From Candidatus Eiseniibacteriota bacterium (GTDB taxonomy: Bacteria > Eisenbacteria > RBG-16-71-46 > CAZAMP01), in NCBI GenBank assembly GCA_965224245.1, contig OZ245046.1:4912484-4976483 (forward strand): 64,000 nt of DNA. Reading direction: 5' to 3'. The translations under genes were made by a program, and so were the position numbers. The first letter of the stretch is position 1; every line of letters begins with the position of its first letter. Below, piece after piece: positions 9,379-19,571 of this stretch. The notes beneath the pieces are model-generated. The model worked only from the letters and a program-made list of their open reading frames with translations. It made no database searches and was not told where the DNA came from.

Positions 9379-11655
9379 TCACGGGAGCCGCACGACCCGT
9401 CGCACGTCCGTGCGTGCGCCCGTGTCGAGGCGGACGACGTACACCCCACTCGCGATCACGCGGCCCCTGTCGTCGAGACCGTCCCACGCGAGGTCGTGTC
9501 GCCCGGCATCGAGTCCTCCGGCGAGCAGCGTCCGGACCGACCGCCCGCGCACGTCGAAGACGCCCACCCTTACGTCGGTCGGCCACTCGAGCGTGAACGC
9601 GAGCGTCGTGGAGCTGCGGAACGGGTTCGGTCGGCTCACGAGACGCGTCACGACGTCGCTCACCGGCGGGGTGTCGAGCGCGCCGCCGAGCGCGTGAGCC
9701 GGCAGCACGACGATGTCCCCCGGATAGCTGCCGTTCGTCAGCATCACGGTCTCCTCGTCGGCCGCGATCTGCGACAGCACGAGCCCGGGCTCGGTGTACT
9801 CGCCCACGAGCACCGGGGCGATCGGGTCGCTCCAGTCGATCACGTAGAGCGTGCCCGATGCGGTGCCGGCGTAGACGATCTCCCCGGCGCCGGTGGGCGC
9901 GCCTCCGTCGGAGGACACGACGGCCAGCGTGCGTGCGCCCACGTCGATGGAGGCGACCTCGGAGCCGACCGCGAAGTCGTATCGCACGACGCGTGCGCCC
10001 GGCTCCACCGAGCTGCCTAGGTACACCTGTTCGGGAACCGAGGAGGGCGCGACCGACTCGACTCCCGTCAGCGGCGTCACGTGGTCGATCACCGGCGCGT
10101 CCGGATCGCCGACGTCCCAGCGCGCGGTCTGGCTGGTCGTCGCGACGACGGCGAACGTGCCGTCCACGTGAAACTCGTTCACCGCGTTGGGGGTCGCACC
10201 GAAGCCGCGGTCGAAGGGGGCCTCGGGCGTCGAGACGTCGACCACGTAGAACCCGAGCGGCGACGAGCTCGAGCGCACGACGCGGCTGCCGTCCGGCGTC
10301 GCGTCCACGCTGGAGCTGAAGCCGGGAAGCGATCCGACGATCGCCGGGTTCGCGGGGTCGGTGAAGTCGACGATGTCGAAGCCCGCGAGCCCGCCGGCCA
10401 CCGCGAGCGATCGCTCGGTTGGCCCCCCCGCCGCGACGCGCAAGAGCTCGTGCTTGTAGTGGCGGAGCCGCTGGACGGCGGCCGCGCCCGTCTCACCCAG
10501 AAGGACCGGGAGGCACGGATTGATCACGTCGTACACGCGGATCCGCCCTCCGGACATCCCGCCTGAGTCGGACATGAGCATGTGGTTGCCCATCGGGCGG
10601 GTGAGCGCCGCCGGCACCACGAACTCGTCGGCGAGGCGAGCGAGGGGGCTCGGCGTCATACCGTTGCCGTGTCGATACAGCACGAGCTCCGGGCTCGTTC
10701 CACCGCGCCGGGTGAGGAAGCGATCGCCGTGCGAGGAGACGCGACGGACACCGTGGTGGCCGCGCAGGGTTCCAATCCGTTCGAGAGCCTCCGACAGCAC
10801 GTGAACGAGATCCTCTCCGGCGGCGATCGTGGACGTCCCCGGGGCCCGCGCCACGGCCACGATGTTCGTCAGGTCGATGTTCTCGCCGAGCGGGATCGGA
10901 GGCGACGTTCCGTACCGCTTGACGCCGGCGCCGGTCGCGAGAACGATCTCGTGGTTACCGTTCAGGGCGACGTCGCGCACCGTGCCGGGGACGGTTGTGA
11001 CGAGGCTCGTCGGGGGCTCCATCGTGAGATCCGAGACGACGAGCACGGCGGACCCGACGAAGGCGGCAGTGCCGGCGTGGGCATCGTGCGCGAGGGTCGC
11101 CTCCTCCGCAAACGGGATGGCGGCCGACGTGAGGCTCGGGCCGCACGGCGAGGTGAGACGCACGACGACGGCGCCCAGGCCGTACTGCACGACGAGGTCG
11201 TTCCCGGACAGAGAGATCGACCCGACGTCGCCCACGGGGCCGAGGTCGATCGTCTCGACGAGGGTCGGGTTCTCGGGATCGGAGAGGTCGTAGCGCCTCA
11301 CGACGTCCATACCGGCGACCCAGAGGCACGTGCCGTCGGGCGAGGCCACGACGTCGAACGCCTCGTCGCCGAAGCTCCCGATCTGCTCGCCGTCGTCGGC
11401 ATGGATGTCGACCCCGAAGTCCCCGACCGCCACGTAGGTGTAGGAGTCCACCGAGACGGCGCCGTACTCGTCCTCCTCTCCGAGCCGTTCCCCGGCCGGG
11501 CGCCGCCCGTCCAGGTCGATCCGGCGGATTCGCCGCGCGTACTCCTCGTAGTCGATGGCGTCGCCCGTGGCGCCGGCCGGCGCGGGCAACGAGATCGTGG
11601 CCGCCGCGGCCACGATGAGGGTCAGGGAAAGAACGAGATGGGACTCGAGACGCAT
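9379..11655 (-). CDS. Secreted LVIVD-repeat beta-propeller protein with a FlgD-Ig/T9SS-type C-terminal domain.
   Basis: Signal peptide '[29 protein letters not shown]'. Repeated '[12 protein letters not shown] / [13 protein letters not shown] / [10 protein letters not shown] / [13 protein letters not shown]' motifs. C-terminal '[15 protein letters not shown]...[17 protein letters not shown]...[22 protein letters not shown]'. Confidence 0.7.
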   Translation of the reverse strand: MRLESHLVLSLTLIVAAAATISLPAPAGATGDAIDYEEYARRIRRIDLDGRRPAGERLGEEDEYGAVSVDSYTYVAVGDFGVDIHADDGEQIGSFGDEAFDVVASPDGTCLWVAGMDVVRRYDLSDPENPTLVETIDLGPVGDVGSISLSGNDLVVQYGLGAVVVRLTSPCGPSLTSAAIPFAEEATLAHDAHAGTAAFVGSAVLVVSDLTMEPPTSLVTTVPGTVRDVALNGNHEIVLATGAGVKRYGTSPPIPLGENIDLTNIVAVARAPGTSTIAAGEDLVHVLSEALERIGTLRGHHGVRRVSSHGDRFLTRRGGTSPELVLYRHGNGMTPSPLARLADEFVVPAALTRPMGNHMLMSDSGGMSGGRIRVYDVINPCLPVLLGETGAAAVQRLRHYKHELLRVAAGGPTERSLAVAGGLAGFDIVDFTDPANPAIVGSLPGFSSSVDATPDGSRVVRSSSSPLGFYVVDVSTPEAPFDRGFGATPNAVNEFHVDGTFAVVATTSQTARWDVGDPDAPVIDHVTPLTGVESVAPSSVPEQVYLGSSVEPGARVVRYDFAVGSEVASIDVGARTLAVVSSDGGAPTGAGEIVYAGTASGTLYVIDWSDPIAPVLVGEYTEPGLVLSQIAADEETVMLTNGSYPGDIVVLPAHALGGALDTPPVSDVVTRLVSRPNPFRSSTTLAFTLEWPTDVRVGVFDVRGRSVRTLLAGGLDAGRHDLAWDGLDDRGRVIASGVYVVRLDTGARTDVRRVVRLP

Positions 11656-11757
11656 GGACTTCCTCCGATCGGTTGCCGGCTCGCGGGCGGGGCTTCTTCT
11701 CGGAGGTATTGGTGCGGGGAGGCTGGATTTCTTCCGGGGACCGGCGGTTTTTCGTCC

Positions 11758-14700
11758 CTACGGCAACGCCACCAGCCGCCAGAGCTGGCGCGGGACCGCT
11801 CCCGTCACCGCGAGGATGGGCGGATACCGATCTCCGTCGTCCACGTAGTCGAGGGACCGCCCGACCCCGCCCCCGCTCGTGCGGAGCCGGTACAGGTAGT
11901 CGCCGCCCAGCTCCACCGCGGTCAGCGTCCAGTACTGGTCCGCATCGTCGGCCACATCGACGATCGTGGCGGGCGCGCCGCCGTCTCCCCCGTCGATGAC
12001 GCGGTCGACCCCGAGCACCACCGGTGAGAGGCGCAGGAAGCCGGTCGTGCCGACCGGACCGAGCCGCCACCGGGACGCGTCCGAGTCGTCGGTTCCCATG
12101 AACAGAAGCGGCGGCTCGATCGCGCTCACGGTCAGGCGCTCTCCGGACACCAGCGTGGCGTTCGTGATCCGGTACACGTCGCCGGCGTCGAGATCCTCGC
12201 GCGGGCCATACTCGATCACGTAGCCGTTCATGTCGTCGGTGTCGAGCTGGGTGTCGTTCCAGCCGCTCGTGCGGAGCTCGAGGAAGTCGGAGTCCCCGAC
12301 GACGTCATTCGGACGACCGAACGCCCAGGCCGTGAACGCGAACGGCTCGCCGGTGACCCACCGCCACCCGCCGTCGGGCTCGGCGGAATCGACGTCGCCG
12401 TCCACCTGGTAGCCGCCGATCCACACCGGCTTCGTCGCGAACGGCACGAGCGCGTCCACGAACGCGTTCTCGTCGGCGTCGGCGATGCATGCGAGATAGC
12501 CGCGCAGGCCCAGGTGTGTCCGGGCGGCCGCGTCGGCCCGTGCGGCGGGCCAGGTGATGTCGAGCTGCTCGACGAGCTCGTAGTAGTGACCGTTGGCCCC
12601 GTTCAGGACGACGTTGCCGAAGAGCACCTCGGTCGTGAAGGTCCAGTTCACGCCGGCGATCAGCGGATTGCCGGCGAGGTCGGTGACGGAGCCCGTCACC
12701 ATCGCCGTGTACGAGCGCCCGCCTCCGAGCGGAGCCGCCGGCGTGAAGGTCGCGCTCGCGCCGACGGCGTCGACGGTGCCCGCCACCGCGCCGTCGGGGC
12801 CGGTCACGAAGAACGACGAGCTGGTCACCGTGGCCGGGTCGATCGGCTCGTCGAACGTGACGCTGACCGTCGCCGACACCGGCACGTCCACGGCGCCGTT
12901 CGGGGGATCGAAGTCGATGGCGAGGGGGCCGCGATTCGTCTCGAACGTCCATACGGCGCCCGCGGCGATCGGGCTGCCGTCGAGGTCGGTGATGTCGGTC
13001 GTCAGCGATGCCTCGTGGACCGACGCGCTCTCGAGCGGCGCGGACGGCACGAAGGTCGCCGTGGGTCCGCTGACGTTCAGCGAGCCGTCCACGTCCACGC
13101 CGTCCCGGCGCACGCGGAACGACGTGGGCGTCACGCTGCCCGGATTCACGTCCTCGGAGAACGTGGCCACGACCGAGGCGCTCTCGTCCACGTCGGTGGC
13201 GCCGTCGGCCGGGGACGTCTCGATGACGCGCGGCGGATCGGGGTCGAGCGTCGTGAAGCCGGCGTCGAACGCCACCAGCGGATTCCCCGCGAGATCCTGG
13301 ATGCCGGTCGTGAGCTCGACGGTGTACGCGGTGAAGCCGTCGAGGTCACCGGTCGGCGTGAACGTGGTCGTGCTCCCGACCGTGGAGCGCGTGCCGTCGA
13401 CCGGCGGCGGGCCGCCGGTCGCGCGCACCCGGAACGTGCCGGCGGTCACGCTCCCCACGTCCTCGGAGTACGTGACCGTGATCACCGCGTCGAGGGGAAC
13501 GTCCACGGCGCCGTCGGCGGGGTCGATGGTGAGGACGGTTGGGCTCTCGGTGTCGACGGGCACCGTGGTGAAGCTCCAGATCACGTCGGTCTGCAGGGGG
13601 TTGCCCGCGAGGTCGGTGATGGCGGTGGTCAGGGTCGCCGTGTACGGGATGTCGCCGTCGAGCGGCGCCAGCGGCGTGAACGTGACGGCATCTCCGAACG
13701 TGGACACGGCCACGTCTCCGGCCACCGAGCCGCGCGGACCGGTCAGCATGACGCTTCGCCCGTCGACGGTGGCGGGGTCGATCTCCTCGGAGAACGTCGC
13801 CGACACGACGACGTCGAGGGGCACGTCCACCGCGCCGTCGACCGGAAACCGCTCCAGCACACCGGGGGCCTCGACGTCGGCGACCGTGAACGTGGACGTG
13901 AAGACCGCGGCGAGCGGGTTGCCGGCGAGGTCCTCGATGCCCGTCTCCAGACGAACGGTGTACGTGGTCGCGCTCGCCAGCGCCGCCGTCGGATCGAACG
14001 TGGCCATGTTCCCGGACGCGGACACGCTGCCGGCCACGGTCCCCGTGGGTCCTTCGAGCGAGAACGTCGACGGGGTCACCGATGCTGGATCCACGTCCTC
14101 GGAGAACGTCGCCGTGATCGAGACGCCCGGGGCCTGATCCACCGCGCCGTCGGCCGGTGAGATGCCGGTGACGCTCGGCGGCGTCACGTCGGCGATCGTG
14201 AACGACCAGACGACCTCCTCGGCAAGCGGGTTGCCGACGACGTCGGTCACGGCGCGGGTGATGCGGGCGGTGTACGCCGTCTCGCCGGCGAGGTCGGCCG
14301 AGGGTGTGAACGTGGCCGTGTTTCCGGCGGCCGCCGCGGCGCCCCCGACGGCGCCGCCGGGACCGGTGAGCGTGAACGACGCCGGCGTCACCGTGGACGC
14401 GTCGATCTCCTCGGAGAACGACGCCCGCACGACGACGTCGGGGGCCACGTCCACGGCCTCGTCGGCCGGCTCGGTGCTGGTGACGACCGGCGGCTCGGTA
14501 TCGACGAACGCGGTGGTGAAGGACCACTCGACGCCGGCCTCGAGCGGGTTGCCGGCGAGATCGCGGATGCCGGTGGTGATGCGCGCCGTGTACGCAGTCG
14601 AGCCGGTCAGCGGCGCCGACGGCGTGAGCTGCGCACTGGAGCCGCTCGCCTCGACGACGCCGGCGACGTCGCCGCCCGGGCCCGAGAGCGTGAACGTCTC

Positions 14701-17616
14701 GGCCGTCGCGCTGGCCGGATCGATCGGCTCGGAGAAGCTCGCGCTGACCACCACGCCGGGCGAGACGTCCACCGCCTCGTCGGCCGGCGACGTGGCCGTG
14801 ACGCGGGGAGGCTCGACGTCGCTCGTCGTGAACGACCACGTGAACTCGGCGGCGAGCGGGTTGCCGGCGAGGTCGGTGATGCCGGTGGTGAGCCGAGCGG
14901 TGTACGTGGTCGCGCTGGCCAGGTCGTCCGTGGGGTCGAAGGCGATGGCGCGGCCCGCGGCGTTGACGCCACCGGTCACCGCGCCGCCGGGGCCGGTGAC
15001 GCGGAACGTCGACTCGGTCGCCGTCGCGGGATCGATGTCCTCGGAGAGCTCCGCGCTCACGATCACGTCCAGCGGCACGCCGGTGGCGCCGCTCGCCGGG
15101 AGCGTGGTCACGACCGCGGGGCCCTCGACGTCGACCGTCGTGAACGACCAGGTGACGTCGGCGGCGAGCGGGTTGCCGGCGAGGTCGGTGATGCCGGTGG
15201 TGAGCCGCGCGGTGTATGTCGCGTCGCTGGCCAGGGGTCCGAACGCCTGGAACGTCACGGCGCTGCCGCTGGCGTCGACGCTGCCGGCAACGGCACCGCC
15301 GGGGCCGATCAGCGTGAACGTGGACGTGGTCACCGACGCGGGGTCGACGTCCTCGCTGAACGCGGCCCCCACGACGACGTCGAGCGGCACGTCGATCGCG
15401 CCGTCGAGCGGCTGCGTCGCGGTGACCGAGGGGGGCACGACGTCGGCGGTGGTGAAGCTCCACTCGACGTCCGACGCGAGCGGGTTGCCCGCGAGGTCGG
15501 CGATGCCGGTGGTGAGCCGCGCGGTGTACGTCGTCGAGCTGGCGAGCGTCGCGGTGGGCGCGAACGACGCGCTGCTGCCGCCGGCTCCCACCATGCCCGT
15601 CACGGATCCCGCGGGACCCTGCAGCGTGAACGTGGTCGCGTCGACCGTGCCGGGGTCGATCACCTCGGAGAACGCCACGCCGATGGCAATGTCGGGGGGG
15701 ACGTCGGTCGCGCCGTCGGCGGGGGTCGTCCGCGTGACGGTGGGCGGATCGACGTCGCTGAGCGCGGTCGTGACCGACCAGGTGACGTCGGCGCCGAGCG
15801 GGTTGCCGGCAAGGTCGGTGATGCCGGTCGTGACGCGCGCGGTGTACGCCGTCTCTCCGTCGAGAAGGGCGCCGGGCGTGAACGTCGCGGCGGCCCCCGC
15901 CGCGTCGATCGTCCCGGCGACCGCGCCGCCGGGTCCGGTGAGCGTGAACGTCGACGGAGTGACGCTGAGCGGATCGACGTCCTCGGAGAACGTGGCCACG
16001 AACACGGCGCCCGGCGAGACGTCCACGGCGCCGTCCTCCGGCGACGTGTCGACGACCACCGGGGGGTCGACGTCGACGATCGGCGCGGTCGTGAACGACC
16101 AGACGACGGGCTGCGCGAGGGCGAACCCGGTGAGGCTCCGGACCGACGTCGTCAGCCGCGCGGTGTAGGTGGACTCGCCCGCCAGCGGCACCGACGGCGT
16201 GAACGTGGCGACGTCCCCGCCGGCGCCGGTTCCTCCGGACACCGCGCCCGCGGGGCCGGTGAGCGTGAACGACGCACCGGTCACCGACGTCGGATCGACC
16301 GCCGCGCTGAACGTCGCCCGGACGACCGCGTCCCACGCGACGCCGGTGTCGCCGGCGTCCGGATCGGTGGCGAGCACGTCGAACGCCGGGCGCGCCGCGA
16401 CCTCGATCACCGAGGAGTCGAAGCGGCTGGGGTCGGCGTTGGACGTGGCGGTCGCGACGGTGGCCCCGACGCTCACACCGGTGACGTTGCCGCTGACGTC
16501 GACCCGGGCCACGCTCGGGTTCCCGGTCGACCACGTGAGGGCCCGATCGACGCCGGGCGATGCATCCACGACCGCGGCCAGGGGCGCGACCTGACCGACG
16601 ACGATCCGGAGCGTGTCCGGCGACACCCGGACGCCGCGCACGCCCTCGTCACGCGGGCTCGTCGTGATGTCGTCCGAGCAGCTGGACCCGATCACGACGG
16701 CGATCACGGAGCCGACCGCGATCGCGACCAGCGGTAGTCGCGCGAGGGGGTGGCGCGCACCGGCCGATGCCGGGCGGGGCGACGGATGCCGGGACGATGC
16801 GTCACGGGACGATGGGCGACGGGGCGATGCGTGACCGGGCCGGTGGTGGCGCTGGCGGGTGCGCCGGGTGTGTCCACGGCGAGAGAGCGTCCACTGCACG
16901 GGTGTCCACCTCGGTGTCTCGGCCACCGCCCCGAGACGGAGGCAGACGTCCGGGGGTTCCGACGAGGGCGGTGTGGCGGCGGCCGTGGCTGTCTCGCGAG
17001 CGTCTACGGCTCGCCCATCGGACCGTTCGGCGCGAGAGATGGTCACATTATACGTGTGGGATGCCAAGTCCCGGGCGCGCCGGGGGCGCTGGCGGGTGAA
17101 TCGCCGGGAAGTGGTTGCAAGAGACCGGCGGAGAGACGGCACGGGCCGGATCGACGGCGCGTCCGGGACGCCGGCGGGGGCCCGGGATGCGGTGGGGCCC
17201 CGGGACGCCGGCGGGGCCCGGGATGCGGTGGGGCCCCGGGACGCCGGCGGGGCCCGGGACGCCGGCGGGGCCCGGGACGTCGGCGGGGCCCGCGACGTCG
17301 GCGGGGCCCGGGACGTCGGCGGGGCCCGCGACGTCGGCGAGGCCCGCGACGTCGGCAGGGCGCGCGACGTCGGCAGGGCCGAGGCGTCGGCAGGGCCGAG
17401 GCGTCGGCAGGGCCGAGGCGTCGGCAGGGCCGAGGCGTCAGCGGGGATAGGGACGTCTGCGGGCCCGGGAGCTCGACCCGCCGTGGCACCCCGCTGGGGC
17501 CTCAAGTCGCTGCAATAGTACACTTTACACTTGATTCCGGACTCGGTTTGGGTTACGCTCCCAGCATCGATCAGCCCCCGATCGACGTCTCCGATCGCTC
17601 CCCGGGTCCACGCCAC
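11758..17616 (-). CDS. Giant secreted adhesin-like protein with about 15-17 tandem Ig-like (Big/SbsA-type) domains, a C-type lectin-like domain and a C-terminal beta-rich domain. Its true start is probably near 16.8 kb.
   Basis: About 95-aa repeats of the form '...TFTLTGPGGAVAGxVxAxGxxATFTPSAPLAxxTxYTARLTTGITDLAGNPLAxDVxWSFTT'. CTLD-like segment 'NGHYYELVEQ...YLACIADADENAFV...WIGGYQ...GGWRWVTGEPFAFTAWAFGRPND...WNDTQLDTDDMNGYVIEYGP'. A signal-peptide-like segment 'RLPLVAIAVGSVIAVVIGSSCSDD' lies about 290 codons into the maximal ORF. The region upstream of it is a Pro/Thr/Arg low-complexity translation of a DNA tandem repeat, so the real start is uncertain. Confidence 0.65.
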   Translation of the reverse strand: MAWTRGAIGDVDRGLIDAGSVTQTESGIKCKVYYCSDLRPQRGATAGRAPGPADVPIPADASALPTPRPCRRLGPADASALPTSRALPTSRASPTSRAPPTSRAPPTSRAPPTSRAPPASRAPPASRGPTASRAPPASRGPTASRAPAGVPDAPSIRPVPSLRRSLATTSRRFTRQRPRRARDLASHTYNVTISRAERSDGRAVDARETATAAATPPSSEPPDVCLRLGAVAETPRWTPVQWTLSRRGHTRRTRQRHHRPGHASPRRPSSRDASSRHPSPRPASAGARHPLARLPLVAIAVGSVIAVVIGSSCSDDITTSPRDEGVRGVRVSPDTLRIVVGQVAPLAAVVDASPGVDRALTWSTGNPSVARVDVSGNVTGVSVGATVATATSNADPSRFDSSVIEVAARPAFDVLATDPDAGDTGVAWDAVVRATFSAAVDPTSVTGASFTLTGPAGAVSGGTGAGGDVATFTPSVPLAGESTYTARLTTSVRSLTGFALAQPVVWSFTTAPIVDVDPPVVVDTSPEDGAVDVSPGAVFVATFSEDVDPLSVTPSTFTLTGPGGAVAGTIDAAGAAATFTPGALLDGETAYTARVTTGITDLAGNPLGADVTWSVTTALSDVDPPTVTRTTPADGATDVPPDIAIGVAFSEVIDPGTVDATTFTLQGPAGSVTGMVGAGGSSASFAPTATLASSTTYTARLTTGIADLAGNPLASDVEWSFTTADVVPPSVTATQPLDGAIDVPLDVVVGAAFSEDVDPASVTTSTFTLIGPGGAVAGSVDASGSAVTFQAFGPLASDATYTARLTTGITDLAGNPLAADVTWSFTTVDVEGPAVVTTLPASGATGVPLDVIVSAELSEDIDPATATESTFRVTGPGGAVTGGVNAAGRAIAFDPTDDLASATTYTARLTTGITDLAGNPLAAEFTWSFTTSDVEPPRVTATSPADEAVDVSPGVVVSASFSEPIDPASATAETFTLSGPGGDVAGVVEASGSSAQLTPSAPLTGSTAYTARITTGIRDLAGNPLEAGVEWSFTTAFVDTEPPVVTSTEPADEAVDVAPDVVVRASFSEEIDASTVTPASFTLTGPGGAVGGAAAAAGNTATFTPSADLAGETAYTARITRAVTDVVGNPLAEEVVWSFTIADVTPPSVTGISPADGAVDQAPGVSITATFSEDVDPASVTPSTFSLEGPTGTVAGSVSASGNMATFDPTAALASATTYTVRLETGIEDLAGNPLAAVFTSTFTVADVEAPGVLERFPVDGAVDVPLDVVVSATFSEEIDPATVDGRSVMLTGPRGSVAGDVAVSTFGDAVTFTPLAPLDGDIPYTATLTTAITDLAGNPLQTDVIWSFTTVPVDTESPTVLTIDPADGAVDVPLDAVITVTYSEDVGSVTAGTFRVRATGGPPPVDGTRSTVGSTTTFTPTGDLDGFTAYTVELTTGIQDLAGNPLVAFDAGFTTLDPDPPRVIETSPADGATDVDESASVVATFSEDVNPGSVTPTSFRVRRDGVDVDGSLNVSGPTATFVPSAPLESASVHEASLTTDITDLDGSPIAAGAVWTFETNRGPLAIDFDPPNGAVDVPVSATVSVTFDEPIDPATVTSSSFFVTGPDGAVAGTVDAVGASATFTPAAPLGGGRSYTAMVTGSVTDLAGNPLIAGVNWTFTTEVLFGNVVLNGANGHYYELVEQLDITWPAARADAAARTHLGLRGYLACIADADENAFVDALVPFATKPVWIGGYQVDGDVDSAEPDGGWRWVTGEPFAFTAWAFGRPNDVVGDSDFLELRTSGWNDTQLDTDDMNGYVIEYGPREDLDAGDVYRITNATLVSGERLTVSAIEPPLLFMGTDDSDASRWRLGPVGTTGFLRLSPVVLGVDRVIDGGDGGAPATIVDVADDADQYWTLTAVELGGDYLYRLRTSGGGVGRSLDYVDDGDRYPPILAVTGAVPRQLWRLVALP
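17160..17455. repeat. Tandem repeat array: about ten 18-bp units 'cgggacg(c/t)cggcggggcc', then 4 x 17-bp 'gaggcgtcggcagggcc'.
   Basis: Read directly from the sequence. It lies in the 5' extension or upstream region of the giant minus-strand gene and translates to PTSRAP repeats in-frame. Confidence 0.8.
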
Positions 17617-17694
17617 CCCCCGGACCAGGCTCTTCCGTGACCGCGCGTTCGTCTCGCCGCCGTCGCGTGACGCGGGTCAGTCGAGGGATCACCC

Positions 17695-19023
17695 ATGACC
17701 GTTTCGATCAGCCGGGAACACTCCCGCCGGGTCTGCCGGCGGCTGGAGCGGATGCAGCGCCTCGAGGGCCGGGCGAGCGCGGCGGTCGCGCTCTCGTTCG
17801 CCGAGGTGTTCGGCGAGCATCACTACCGGGCGCTCGGGTTCACGTCGATGCTCGCGTATGCGACGGAGCGTCTGGAGATGTCGGCGTCTCGTTTTCATCA
17901 GCTGCGTGGCGTGGCGGGGCACCTGCGGGAGTTTCCGGCGCTCCGCGAGGCGATGGCGTCGGGCCGCGTGACGTGGACGAAGGCACGCGCGATCGCACCG
18001 ATCCTGACCGCGGAATCGGCGACGACGTGGATCGATCTCGCGGCGACGCTTCCGCGGCGTGAGCTGGAGCGCCGGATCGCCGACGCCCGGGGCGCCGCGC
18101 GGGCGTCGTCGGCGCGCCGGGCCGCCGGCGCCGCACAGGAGGCGATCCCGGTCCCGAGGACCCGGCCGGGAGACGAGACCGACCCGGCTAGCGGCGCCGG
18201 CAGGCGTGCGACGCCCGGAGACACCACGCCCGGAGACGCGACGCCCGGAGACGCGACGGAACGCGTGACGACTCCGCGTGCAGCCGCCGCGGATACCTCG
18301 CACGGGGGCGCTCCGGCCGGGCCCGTCGCGAGCACGGGGTCGGGTGCCAGCCCCCAGAACATCGACGTTCGCGTCGAGCTTCGCCTTCGCCTCGATCCGA
18401 TCGCACACGCACACGCCGAGGCCGCGTGGGAGCACGCGCGCAAGCAGGGGTTCCGGGGCTCGAAATCCGACTTCGTCGTCGCCGCGATGTCGGCATTCGC
18501 GACGACGCTCACGTCCTCGCGTCGCGCACCCTCGGACACGGCGACCGCACCGTCGTCCGAGTCGCCGGGGTCGATCGGGTCGTCCCGGTCGGCGCGGTCG
18601 GTCGCGTCGGCAAGGAGAGCGTCGTCCTCGCTCCCCGGCGCACGATCGCAGTACCAGATCGTCGTCACCGACTGTCCGAGCTGTCGTCGAGCGCGGGTCG
18701 GAGACCGTCCGGTGTCCGATGCGGCACGGCGGGCGTTGCTCGCCGACGCGGACATCATCGACTCGCGCGGACACCGGCGCGCGACGATCCCGACGGGACT
18801 CCGGCGGCGCGTCCTGATGCGCGATGATCACCGTTGCACGATACCCGGGTGCACGACCCGACATCACCTCGCCGTCCACCACCGGATCCCCGTCGAGCTC
18901 GGGGGGCGCAACACGCTCGAGAACCTGACGACGCTGTGCTGGAGCTGTCACTGGGCGCTGCACGCGATGCCGCTCGAGGTGGCACGGACGGTGCTCTGCC
19001 GGCCGCCACGTCACGAGACGTGA
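17695..19023 (+). CDS. HNH endonuclease with an N-terminal DUF222-like domain.
   Basis: C-terminal HNH: 'DHRCTIPGCTTRHHLAVHHRIPVELGGRNTLENLTTLCWSCHWALH'. The N-terminus 'SFAEVFGEHHYRALGFTSMLAYATERLEMSASRFHQLRGVA' resembles the actinobacterial DUF222/13E12-repeat family. Confidence 0.8.
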   Translation: MTVSISREHSRRVCRRLERMQRLEGRASAAVALSFAEVFGEHHYRALGFTSMLAYATERLEMSASRFHQLRGVAGHLREFPALREAMASGRVTWTKARAIAPILTAESATTWIDLAATLPRRELERRIADARGAARASSARRAAGAAQEAIPVPRTRPGDETDPASGAGRRATPGDTTPGDATPGDATERVTTPRAAAADTSHGGAPAGPVASTGSGASPQNIDVRVELRLRLDPIAHAHAEAAWEHARKQGFRGSKSDFVVAAMSAFATTLTSSRRAPSDTATAPSSESPGSIGSSRSARSVASARRASSSLPGARSQYQIVVTDCPSCRRARVGDRPVSDAARRALLADADIIDSRGHRRATIPTGLRRRVLMRDDHRCTIPGCTTRHHLAVHHRIPVELGGRNTLENLTTLCWSCHWALHAMPLEVARTVLCRPPRHET

Positions 19024-19139
19024 TCGGTGTGCTGCGGTCACGCCGGCTCCACGGCGCGGCGCGGCGCGATGTGGCGCGCGGCCCGATGCGACGCCGAGGA
19101 CGCGGCGGACGCGGCCGGGCGCGGCGCGATGTGGCGTGG

Positions 19140-19330
19140 CGCGGTGCGACGCCGTGGGCGTGGCACGGTGCGATGTGGCGCGGTGCGACGCCGTGGGCGT
19201 GGCACGGTGCGATGTGGCGCGGTGCGACGCCGTGGGCGTGGCACGGTGCGATGTGGCGCGGTGCGACGCCGTGGGCGTGGCACGGTGCGATGTGGCGCGG
19301 TGTGACGCCGTGGGCGTGGCGCGGTGCGAT
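19140..19330. repeat. Perfect tandem repeat, 39-bp unit 'gtggcacggtgcgatgtggcgcggtgcgacgccgtgggc', about 5 copies.
   Basis: Read directly from the sequence. Intergenic, between the HNH gene and msrAB. There are no unique spacers, so it is not CRISPR-like. Confidence 0.85.
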
Positions 19331-19571
19331 GTGTGGTGGCCCGGCCTGGCGTGAGGCGGTGCGGAGTGGCGGGGCGTGCGACCCCGTCCCGCGAAGTCGG
19401 ATACGCTCGCTCTGCGCTGGGCGCTTCGGACGATCGGGTGTGGTGGGAACGGGCAAGACCGTCAGGCGCGTGGGTGCGCGACGCGTGCCGATGTGGGACC
19501 GGGTCGTCGGGAGCGGGGAGCGCGGGAAGTCGGCCCAGGGCCCGCGTGGCGAGCCCCGGGCGCGCGGTGGA

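Noticed and set aside
12514-16534. Long plus-strand (548-668 aa) and minus-strand alternate-frame (1062 aa) ORFs inside the giant adhesin gene.
   Set aside because: They tile the same repeats in other frames and give Arg/Gly-rich or Ser/Thr/Val/Ala-rich low-complexity sequence. They have no signal peptide or motifs. The 1952-aa frame carries the Ig-like repeats and the CTLD.
17689-19041. 450-aa minus-strand ORF covering the HNH endonuclease gene.
   Set aside because: The HNH and DUF222 motifs are on the plus strand. The minus frame is Arg-rich low complexity.
19030-19330. Possible CRISPR array (perfect 39-bp direct repeats).
   Set aside because: The repeats are contiguous with no unique spacers, and no cas genes are nearby. 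It is a plain tandem repeat.
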